Of a stretch of 32,000 bases of DNA, positions 15,911-22,935 are shown one piece after another. Location: assembly GCF_000010625.1 (NCBI RefSeq), contig NC_010296.1, positions 2,130,001-2,162,000 on the forward strand. The letters run 5' to 3'. The notes below the pieces were generated by a model. The model ran no database searches. It saw nothing but the letters and a program-made list of their open reading frames with translations, and was not told the DNA's origin. The stretch's first letter is position 1. The number at the start of each line of letters is the position of its first letter. A program made the position numbers and the translations under genes. Source of the DNA: Microcystis aeruginosa NIES-843 (GTDB taxonomy: Bacteria; Cyanobacteriota; Cyanobacteriia; Cyanobacteriales; Microcystaceae).

Positions 15911-17377
15911 TTAGCTAAAAGCTAGGAATGAGGGAGCTAATTGGGCTAGAATTGAAAGGAACAACAGCATTAATATAACAGCCATCATACCGACGAGATT
16001 ATCAAATTGTTCCCAAGCTGTTGATAATTGTAAGGACAGCTTTTTAAATATCCCTAGATACAACCCCCAACCGATAGCAATAATCCCTAAAGCTTTGCTG
16101 ATATTTCCCAGATTGTAGGCATCGAAATAGACAGCATTGGCTACAAATAAGGCAGTTAACAATAGTATTATTCCTAACCAACCACTCAAGGTTAACTTTC
16201 TCCCAGTGGTAACTTTTGCGTGGGGTAAAAAGATAAATTTGGCAGTGGCGATCGCTGTACCTACGGCTGCTAAATTGATGGCTACCTCTTGCCAAGGTAA
16301 TAAATTTTTCATCGTTAACGCTTTCGCCCCAAAACCAGATAATAAGGGGAATCCAGAGATGGAAAAACTGGCGATAACAATAGCAATCCAGAGGGAATTA
16401 GGGATCGATTGTTGCTGTAATTCTTTAAAATTGCGACTGGGTAAAACTCCCGCTAATAGAAATAGGGAAGATTTAACTAAACCGTGGGTAAGGGTATAAA
16501 AACCACTGACTACCGGGGCGGCTAAAATAAAACCCAGCTGCACGATCGTGCTAAAGGCTAACATCCGCTTGCTATCCTTTTCAAAAATCATATAGGGTAC
16601 ACCAAAAATCGCCGTTAGCACCCCGAAAAGCCGAATTAGTCCATCCAAATCCTCTAGGATTAAAGCACAGCGCAGGAGGGGAAAAATGCCCGCTTTTACC
16701 ACCACCCCTGACATCAGCGCCGAGACAGAGGTTTCCGATTCCGAGTGTGTCATCGGTAGCCATAATCCCGAGACAAAGATTCCCCCTTTGACTAATAATC
16801 CCATGAAGATTAAAGCCAAGGCTTCGGGAGGTGCGTCCTTTAAACCAGCAAAAGCAAAGGAATTATTGGCTTTATAGACTAAAACTGCGCCAATAAGGTA
16901 AAATAACATCGCCACATTGCTGATAAACAGATAACGCAGGGCAACCCAGAGAGAGCGATCGCTGCGAGGATAGGCAATCACCAGAAAAGCGGCAATACTA
17001 ATTACTTCTAAGGCAACGTAAACGCTAATAAAATCTTCACAGACGAAGACAGAATTAATGCTGCCGTGGAGAATGATAGCTTGGGCGTAAAAAAAGGCGG
17101 TTTTGCTACTTTCCCAGTTATAAAAAATAACTGCCATCGTCACCAGGGCATTAGTGAGGATAAAATAGGCACTTAACTGATCGGCTACCAGTTTCACGCC
17201 ATAATTATCCAGTAGGTTGAGGGTTATGGGGGAGGATTGGCTAAATAGAAGGAGAGAATAGGCGAGAGAGATAACAGAAGTAATTAAGGACAGATATTTA
17301 GCCCAGCGAGACAGTAAATAGCCAATAAAGCCGCTCAAAAAGGGAACGACTATCCAAGCGATCGTTAGAGTATTCAT
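15911..17377 (-). CDS. mrpD: Antiporter subunit D, paralogue a (488 aa), first gene of the array with no mrpC in front
   Basis: Identical to paralogue b up to nt 17116. The 5' ~260 nt diverge, first synonymously and then with amino-acid changes (MNTLTIAWIVVPFLSGFIGYLLSRWAKYLSLITSV). Confidence 0.9.
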   Translation of the reverse strand: MNTLTIAWIVVPFLSGFIGYLLSRWAKYLSLITSVISLAYSLLLFSQSSPITLNLLDNYGVKLVADQLSAYFILTNALVTMAVIFYNWESSKTAFFYAQAIILHGSINSVFVCEDFISVYVALEVISIAAFLVIAYPRSDRSLWVALRYLFISNVAMLFYLIGAVLVYKANNSFAFAGLKDAPPEALALIFMGLLVKGGIFVSGLWLPMTHSESETSVSALMSGVVVKAGIFPLLRCALILEDLDGLIRLFGVLTAIFGVPYMIFEKDSKRMLAFSTIVQLGFILAAPVVSGFYTLTHGLVKSSLFLLAGVLPSRNFKELQQQSIPNSLWIAIVIASFSISGFPLLSGFGAKALTMKNLLPWQEVAINLAAVGTAIATAKFIFLPHAKVTTGRKLTLSGWLGIILLLTALFVANAVYFDAYNLGNISKALGIIAIGWGLYLGIFKKLSLQLSTAWEQFDNLVGMMAVILMLLFLSILAQLAPSFLAFS

Positions 17378-17572
17378 GGTGTAGGATTTTCTGATCTTTA
17401 CTTTGTCTAGGGCAGGGTTTTCCTAGACTAATCTGCTCAATTTCACCAGCAAAGATACTTTTTCTAATTATCCTCGATCGAGTCCTATTGATCAAGAATT
17501 TTTCGGGTGGCAAATAGATTGTTTTGGATCTATAATTATTATTGAAAAAAATAAAAGCAAGCGGTTTCGCTT
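17363..17572. repeat. mrp leader/promoter block, copy A (~210-bp direct repeat with 18705-18916)
   Basis: It runs from cgttagagtattcatggtg... to ...aagcaagcggtttcgctt. It includes the first 5 codons of mrpD(a), the promoter-like core and a terminator-like hairpin. Confidence 0.9.
17467..17495 (-). promoter_or_regulatory. Promoter-like core upstream of mrpD(a)
   Basis: Minus-strand reading is TTGATC (17495-17490), a 17-nt spacer, then GATAAT (17472-17467), ~90 nt upstream of the ATG at 17377. Confidence 0.45.
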
Positions 17573-17573
17573 G
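17541..17573 (-). terminator. Terminator-like hairpin upstream of the mrp promoter
   Basis: Minus-strand reading is caagcg-aaac-cgcttg followed by cttttattttttt. It would insulate the mrp promoter from upstream minus-strand transcription. Confidence 0.5.
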
Positions 17574-18001
17574 TTTGGTATGAAGGTGGCAATCGCAGTT
17601 TTTTCAACTGTGTTTGTAGCCTTTAACCAAGCTTATAAAGGAGCCAATTCTGTAGCCCTAGAATAGATTGACACACTTAAAGGAATGAATGCGTCTCGTT
17701 CCCAGATTTTTCAAAAGGTTTTTGAGAGTCCCAATCCGATTGTCTGGCACTAACATCGGATTTTAACAGGTCAAAAGCCTTATTTTAAAAGGGTTTTACC
17801 ATTATTCAGAAAACCCTATGTAAATGACCAAAACCGCCAAACCAATAGCTATACTGTTATAAGAGCTATTTCCCGCAATTAGACCGCCAAGAAAAATTGA
17901 ATGCCAACGATAACAAAAGAAACCCTTAAGCAAGAACTCGATCGCCGTAATAATCAACAACGTCAAATCTTAAATATTCAACCTTAAAAGGAGCAAACCT
18001 A

Positions 18002-18226
18002 ATGACAACTAGAGAAAGACTGATCCAAGAAATATCTCAAATCTCCGAAGAAATTGTTGAAGAACTGCTTGACTTTTTATTATTTACCCAAGCCAGAAGG
18101 AATCAACAAAAAGAGCCAAAAACGCCTAGACCCTACGCCCTCTGTCAAGGAGAATTTACCGTTCCTGCTGACTTTGACGATCCCTTACCCGATGAAATCC
18201 TACAGGACTTTGAAAACCCTTTATAA
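18002..18226 (+). CDS. vapB: Type II antitoxin (DUF2281/VapB-like) of the adjacent PIN toxin
   Basis: 74 aa with AAGGAG 6 nt upstream. N-terminus MTTRERLIQEISQISEEIVEELLDFLLF and C-terminus PADFDDPLPDEILQDFE are typical of cyanobacterial antitoxins paired with VapC. It ends 5 nt before the toxin start. Confidence 0.8.
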   Translation: MTTRERLIQEISQISEEIVEELLDFLLFTQARRNQQKEPKTPRPYALCQGEFTVPADFDDPLPDEILQDFENPL

Positions 18227-18231
18227 AAATC

Positions 18232-18618
18232 ATGCGACTTTTACTCGATACTCATATCTTTCTCTGGTTTCTTAATGGAGATCCTCAACTTTCACAAGAT
18301 TTTTGTGATGCCATTAAAGACGCTAAAAATAGCGTATATTTAAGTGTAGCCTCCATCTGGGAAGCCATTATTAAATATCAATTAGGTAAACTTCCCTTGC
18401 CAGAATCACCAGAAGTTTATCTGCCCAAACAACGCGATCGCCATCAAATAGCGAGTTTAACGATTGATGAAGAAAGCATCGCCTATTTAATGAAATTACC
18501 TCCCTTGCATCGTGATCCCTTTGATAGACTGCTAATTTGTCAAGCAATCCAAAATGATTTAATCATTATTACAGTTGACCAAAAAATTCGCTCCTACCCA
18601 ATCATTACAACCTTATAA
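18232..18618 (+). CDS. vapC: PIN-domain ribonuclease toxin VapC
   Basis: MRLLLDTHIFLWFLNGDP... carries the first acidic residue. SIWEAIIKYQLGKL and HRDPFDRLLICQA are PIN signatures. 128 aa. Confidence 0.92.
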   Translation: MRLLLDTHIFLWFLNGDPQLSQDFCDAIKDAKNSVYLSVASIWEAIIKYQLGKLPLPESPEVYLPKQRDRHQIASLTIDEESIAYLMKLPPLHRDPFDRLLICQAIQNDLIIITVDQKIRSYPIITTL

Positions 18619-18632
18619 TTAATCAGACAAAA

Positions 18633-18710
18633 ATGGCAGAAGTAAACGTTTATTATGATCCAATGGGTAACACCTTAACCGTTGGGTTTGGCGCACCGCA
18701 CGACCGTTAG
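18633..18710 (+). pseudogene. Truncated DUF2283-like fragment (25 codons)
   Basis: MAEVNVYYDPMGNTLTVGFGAPHDR* matches the N-terminal pattern of DUF2283 proteins (...YD.e.d.L.i.f), which are normally ~70-80 aa. The reading frame runs into repeat copy B, and its stop lies inside the repeat. Confidence 0.55.
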
Positions 18711-18737
18711 AGTATCCATGGTGTAGGATTTTCTGAT

Positions 18738-18779
18738 CTTTACTTTGTCTAAGGCAGGTTTTTCCTAGACAAAGTAAAG
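18738..18779. other. Perfect 14-bp-stem hairpin inside orphan leader copy B
   Basis: ctttactttgtcta (18738-18751) and tagacaaagtaaag (18766-18779) are perfect reverse complements across a 14-nt loop. The equivalent site in copy A (17396-17430) keeps only ~5 bp of pairing. Confidence 0.8.
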
Positions 18780-18810
18780 CTCAATTTCACCAGCAAAGAT
18801 ACTTTCTCTA

Positions 18811-18839
18811 ATTATCCTCGATCGAGTCCTATTGATCAA
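18811..18839 (-). promoter_or_regulatory. Orphan promoter-like core pointing into the 3' end of vapBC (antisense)
   Basis: Minus-strand reading is TTGATC (18839-18834), a 17-nt spacer, then GATAAT (18816-18811). This is identical to the core at 17467-17495. Confidence 0.4.
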
Positions 18840-19148
18840 GAATTTTTCGGGTGGCAAATAGATTGTTTTGGATCTATAATTATTATTGAAAAAAATAAAA
18901 GCAAGCGGTTTCGCTTTAATAATGTATATCTTGCCAGAGGGAGCAATCAGTAATGTTTTGGAAATCTTTGATATTTTTGCTGGCAATAATAACCCGACGA
19001 CTGGGATATTTTTCTTTGAGTAGAGTCCAGAATTACAATCACTCTTTTAATCCCATCCCTGAACTTTTCTGGCTCTCCTAAACTGGTTATAGCAAATTAG
19101 TAGTTTAAATCAGCCTAAACCCTTAAATAGTCTGGAATCTAACAAAGC

Positions 19149-19301
19149 AAAAAGCTTTTGGCTCTTCTGGTTTCTGTGTGGAAACGAGGTCTATACTGAT
19201 AGAATATCCGCAAAATAGCCCTAAAAGTCTTGCCCGATAAGCATTTCACGACTCCATAAGCAAAAATTATCACACAAAGTCGAGAAGAGCCAGCTTTTTT
19301 T
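19149..19301. repeat. 153-nt element bounded by ~18-nt imperfect inverted repeats (MITE or structured RNA)
   Basis: aaaaagcttttggctcttct (19149-19168) against agaagagccagcttttttt (19284-19301). There is an inner small hairpin gtttc-tgtgtg-gaaac. It lies in the 435-bp non-coding stretch downstream of ptuB. Confidence 0.5.
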
Positions 19302-19421
19302 ATTAAAATTGCTTTTTTGAATTCTGGTGAGCCTTACTTCTTTTAACCGTCCGTTGCATTTCAGTTGTTATTTGTCTGTTTTAGGTTTTAATTTAGAGCA
19401 TATTTATCAAGAGGGTTGCTC

Positions 19422-20066
19422 TTAAGCTTGGAGCCAACTTCTCAAGATATTAATTACTACTGGAGTGAAAGGTTCCATTTGATCTTGCTGAGGTTGTGAT
19501 AGGTCATCGATTAATATATTTAATATTTCATCATCCTCTAAGCCGTCATCTGGATTTATGCCATTTTCCCATAATAAAACATTAGACAACTGCTTCCGTG
19601 TTTCGATCAAAGCACGGTTATTTTTTTCATGGTCACCCAAATTTAAAACTCGAATCGTGACAGCTGCCCGATCGCTCAATCCTTCTACCCGTCCACTAAT
19701 TTTGAATCGCAGTTCTGTTTCACATTCTGTCATCAGGGGAGTTAGGGGTAGGTGTTGAGATTTATGTGCATCACCGCATTGATTAGGGGTATTACAACTA
19801 GCAACAATATTTGAAAAGTCGAGCGTACGTTTAGGATTTAGCTTTTGAGCTTCTATATGCTCATTATGGCAAGCATTAATTTTTTCGATTCGCTGGCAGC
19901 AATAGGCACAAAGATAAAACTGCTCATTAAGAGCATAGTCTCGAATCTTTGCCCGAACGACTTTCCCTTCTTCTGTTTTATCTAAATCATCGTATGCCCC
20001 ATGAGGGTTCTTCCTTTTCCAAGCTTTTAAACAACAAGGTTCAGCCCCTTTACTAATGGTTCGCAT
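19422..20066 (-). CDS. ptuB: Septu PtuB-like HNH endonuclease (TIGR02646-type)
   Basis: Cys-rich HNH core FYLCAYCCQRIEKINACHNEHIEAQKLNP...NIVASCN (~19800-19930). 214 aa, immediately downstream of an AAA/ABC-type ATPase. Confidence 0.8.
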   Translation of the reverse strand: MRTISKGAEPCCLKAWKRKNPHGAYDDLDKTEEGKVVRAKIRDYALNEQFYLCAYCCQRIEKINACHNEHIEAQKLNPKRTLDFSNIVASCNTPNQCGDAHKSQHLPLTPLMTECETELRFKISGRVEGLSDRAAVTIRVLNLGDHEKNNRALIETRKQLSNVLLWENGINPDDGLEDDEILNILIDDLSQPQQDQMEPFTPVVINILRSWLQA

Positions 20067-20097
20067 AAGGTTCAGCCCCTTTACTAATGGTTCCCAT
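20036..20097. repeat. 31-bp tandem duplication (2 copies, 1 mismatch) spanning the ptuA stop and ptuB start
   Basis: 20036-20066 is aaggttcagcccctttactaatggttcGcat. 20067-20097 is aaggttcagcccctttactaatggttcCcat. Confidence 0.95.
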
Positions 20098-21457
20098 GAC
20101 GCAATTCTTGTTTACGGAGCAGTAGTTTTGCTTTGACCAATTCGAGATGATTGGCAGGTAGTTCCTCACTTAATTCTGCCAGCAATTGTTGAGCCTCGGT
20201 TAGCTTTGAATCTTGTATGGCATCTAGCAGATCGTTCAATTCAGTATCAATTTTCTCATTACGAATGCTGGTATTCATGACATCTAATAAGACAGTATTA
20301 GCATCTTGCCCATATTGAGATGGTAACTGTCGCAATTCGCCATTAGCTAAAGTGTAGATCAAAACATTTTTACAATCACTGATCACTAGAGGTGAATGGG
20401 TTGTCAGCACAAACTGACAATTTGGGAAAGTTTCGGTCAGGCGCTCGCAGAGGCGACGTTGCCAAGAGGGATGTAAATGCAAATCGACTTCATCAATCAA
20501 AACGATACCATCACCTGCTAAAGGATTTTCTAAGGCAGGGTTCAGCATGGCTAGACGGCGGGCAATATCACCAACAAGAGCCATTAGGGATTTTTCGCCT
20601 TGTGAAAGTTGGGCGACGTTGAGGGTTTCACCATTTTTGTCCACTGCCATGTAGAGACGAGGTTTACGACGGACTCTAAGGTTATCCAGATGGGGCATAA
20701 ATCGGCCAATGGCGGTGCGAACTGCTGTTAATTGCCGATCTTTAGCGGAGGCATTGCGTTCGTTTAACCATTGCCATACGTCTTGATTGGTTTCAGCCAT
20801 TATTGGTCTTAGTTGGTTGAGAACGTCTTCTGGAACTCCTGATTCATTTTCGGTATCTTCCCGTTCTCGGAACCATTCAAAAAAGCGGCGAAAGTCAACG
20901 CCCTGACTTAAGGAGTTATCATAACCGTCCAATTGCAAAAAGGTATGCTTAGTCCTAATTTTTAGTGGAATATCGAGTACGACACGCTCGACAGGATAAA
21001 ACGCAATTAGGGGTAGGCTAGTTTTGTCATCATGGGTGAGGGCATCACGATAACGATTGGCCAAGCGCGTACAGTCATTAAGGTTGCTATTATATTGGGC
21101 TTTACGTCCTTTTCTATTTTTTGCAAGAATCCATCTGAAATAATGGTCAATATCGCTTTGATCAGGATTGTTTAATGATTTGGAGGAATCCCAGACTTCG
21201 ATTTCAATGCTGCCAGCATTAGCAGTATTAAATATGGCATCTTCAGAAATAGGGTTACCACTCCCTTTTTCTGTAAGTAAACGAGCAGTAAACCAACTAA
21301 GAGAAGTTGCTAATGCTTTTAGTATAGCAGTTTTACCAGCCCCGTTATTACCAACAAAAACGGTAATGTTGCTTGGGTTTTGCTCTGTAGGCGCCAAGGA
21401 AATTTCCAGCTTTTCAAATAGCCCGATGTTATTTAAGATGACCCGTTGAATTTCCAT
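20084..21457 (-). CDS. ptuA: Septu PtuA-like AAA/ABC-type ATPase
   Basis: Walker A GNNGAGKT (~21329-21352), signature-like LSQGEKSLMALVGDIA, Walker B IVLIDEVDLHLHP, H-loop TTHSPLV. 457 aa. Confidence 0.85.
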   Translation of the reverse strand: MEIQRVILNNIGLFEKLEISLAPTEQNPSNITVFVGNNGAGKTAILKALATSLSWFTARLLTEKGSGNPISEDAIFNTANAGSIEIEVWDSSKSLNNPDQSDIDHYFRWILAKNRKGRKAQYNSNLNDCTRLANRYRDALTHDDKTSLPLIAFYPVERVVLDIPLKIRTKHTFLQLDGYDNSLSQGVDFRRFFEWFREREDTENESGVPEDVLNQLRPIMAETNQDVWQWLNERNASAKDRQLTAVRTAIGRFMPHLDNLRVRRKPRLYMAVDKNGETLNVAQLSQGEKSLMALVGDIARRLAMLNPALENPLAGDGIVLIDEVDLHLHPSWQRRLCERLTETFPNCQFVLTTHSPLVISDCKNVLIYTLANGELRQLPSQYGQDANTVLLDVMNTSIRNEKIDTELNDLLDAIQDSKLTEAQQLLAELSEELPANHLELVKAKLLLRKQELRHGNH

Positions 21458-21548
21458 ATCGGTGAGAGTGGCGAGGGATATGCTGACTGCTGATAGACTA
21501 GGTATAAAACCGTAAAACAGTTAGAAGATAGGGAAAATATCTGGCTTC

Positions 21549-21687
21549 CTAAGTAGGTAGGTGTTAAAAGTTCTCAAATGCCCCCCTTATTAAGGGGGGA
21601 TTAAGGGGGGATCGGCACCCCCCTTATCAAGGGGGGCAGGGGGGATCAGACGCAAAATCTATCTTCAATTTAATTATAACTACTTAC
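21549..21687 (+). repeat. ~139-bp MITE-like element with G/C-run palindromes, copy 1
   Basis: ctaagtaggtaggtgttaaaa ... ccccccttattaagggggg ... caccccccttatcaaggggggcagggggg ... ttaattataactac. It is the reverse complement of 30632-30766 with a few indels and SNPs. Confidence 0.85.
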
Positions 21688-21711
21688 TTAATCGCTAAAT
21701 AAAACTATAAG

Positions 21712-22758
21712 TTAAACTCGATCGCGATGACGGCGATCAGCGATAAAAGACTCCACCAATTTAACATCTTCGACACTACCGATCACTAAAGGTGTGCGGT
21801 AGTGTAATTTATCGGGAACGATATCTAAAAGATTTGTCACCCCATCACTAGCTTTACCTCCTGCCTGTTCAATTAAAAAAGCAAGGGGGGCAGTTTCATA
21901 AATTAAGCGCAATTTTCCCTGGGGATTTTTAACAGTACCCGGATAGAGAAAAACTCCACCCTGCATTAAAATTCGATGGATATCTCCCACTAATGCCCCA
22001 CTGTAACGGGCCGTGTAACCATCATGACGGTGGACATAACGAGTATAGTCGCGAATTGCCTCATCCCACTGCCAAAAATTGCCCTCATTGGTACTATAAA
22101 TCGGACCGTGATCGGGGATAATAATATTCTCTTGGGCGAGGATAAATTCCCCTAAACTGGGGTCAAGGACAAAGGCATGAACACCGCGACCGATCGAGTA
22201 AACTAAAATAGTCGAGGGTCCGTAGAGAATATAACCGGCGGCGATTTGTTTACGACCATTTTGCAGTAAATCCCGCGCCTCTCCGTCTAAATCATTGTCT
22301 TCCTGTTGACGGATGGCAAAAATCGAACCCACATTTAGGTTAATATCCACATTGGAAGAACCATCGATCGGGTCGTAGAGTAGGGTATAGCGACCGATGG
22401 GACAGTTTTCTGGGATATAATAGGGTTTATCCATTTCCTCGGAAGCAAGACGGCAAACTAAACCACTTTGCTTAAAAACCGAGATAAATACCTCATTGGC
22501 AAAAACGTCCATTTTCTTGACCGATTCCCCTTGGACGTTGGTTTCTCCAGTAAAACCTAGCACATCCGCCATTAATCCCGCTTTACTGAGACGACGGGCA
22601 ATTAATTTCCCCGCTAGGGCAATCCGACTCATAATTGCGCTTAAATCCTGCGCGTCGGAGGAAAAGCTTTGTAGTTGTTGCAGGACGTGACGGGAGAGGG
22701 TGGTACAATCTCGATCGAGGCTATGTTCGGGGATAGAAAAGGGAATATTGCTAACCAT
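21712..22758 (-). CDS. fbp: Fructose-1,6-bisphosphatase class 1
   Basis: [21 protein letters not shown] metal-binding motif, and [32 protein letters not shown] prefer the start at Met18 (22758, [17 protein letters not shown]...), giving ~348 aa. The ORF-track start at 22809 adds a hydrophobic extension that looks unlikely. Confidence 0.92.
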   Translation of the reverse strand: MVSNIPFSIPEHSLDRDCTTLSRHVLQQLQSFSSDAQDLSAIMSRIALAGKLIARRLSKAGLMADVLGFTGETNVQGESVKKMDVFANEVFISVFKQSGLVCRLASEEMDKPYYIPENCPIGRYTLLYDPIDGSSNVDINLNVGSIFAIRQQEDNDLDGEARDLLQNGRKQIAAGYILYGPSTILVYSIGRGVHAFVLDPSLGEFILAQENIIIPDHGPIYSTNEGNFWQWDEAIRDYTRYVHRHDGYTARYSGALVGDIHRILMQGGVFLYPGTVKNPQGKLRLIYETAPLAFLIEQAGGKASDGVTNLLDIVPDKLHYRTPLVIGSVEDVKLVESFIADRRHRDRV

Positions 22759-22935
22759 AACTGTAATTGCCAGTAATAAAGTAAAAAAGGGAAACCCGTC
22801 TAGTCTCAATTGTGACTATGATTTGATCCTAGCCAAGATTTTCCCTATTGCGGTCCAATTTTTAGATCAGTTTTAGAGTTGGCTAATTTTCCCCTCATTG
22901 ATCATTAAATCCCGGTCAATAGTTGCCCTCTCAAT

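Larger units (their letters stand above)
13466..17373. repeat. Tandem direct repeat, 2 x 1954 bp (mrpC + intergenic promoter block + mrpD)
   Basis: Every ORF in the six-frame track within 13466-15419 recurs at exactly +1954. By eye, 13466-15162 equals 15420-17116 with no mismatch noticed. A third partial homologous tract lies at 12036-13469. Confidence 0.92.
18705..18916. repeat. mrp leader/promoter block, orphan copy B
   Basis: Aligns with 17363-17572 apart from a ~15-nt patch and a few SNPs. It retains ATG-GAT-ACT-CTA-ACG (compare the mrpD start ATG-AAT-ACT-CTA-ACG) but no gene body. Confidence 0.9.

Noticed and set aside
12232-16877. Recurring plus-strand ORFs of 60-120 aa (12232-12594, 12781-12972, 14183-14545, 14732-14923, 16137-16499, 16686-16877) and minus-strand out-of-frame ORFs (12676-12858, 14090-14341, 14627-14809, 16044-16295, 16581-16763)
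   Set aside because: All lie inside the mrpD genes, either antisense or out of frame. They recur only because the underlying DNA is duplicated. They are shadow ORFs.
17298-17513. 71-aa minus-strand ORF, and its paralogue at 18765-18986
   Set aside because: Both read through the repeated leader/promoter block and, for the first, out of frame into the mrpD start. They have a low-complexity basic composition and exist only because the leader is duplicated.
17901-17987. 28-codon ORF (MPTITKETLKQELDRRNNQQRQILNIQP*) just upstream of vapB that resembles the N-terminus of cyanobacterial antitoxins
   Set aside because: It is too short and has no partner toxin. It could be a remnant of another TA antitoxin or a leader peptide, but the sequence alone does not support a call.
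18987-19421. Search for a retron reverse transcriptase or msr/msd next to the Septu genes
   Set aside because: There is no RT-sized ORF on either strand anywhere between 17.5 and 21.7 kb. Only the inverted-repeat-bounded 153-nt element is present, and it is reported separately at low interest.
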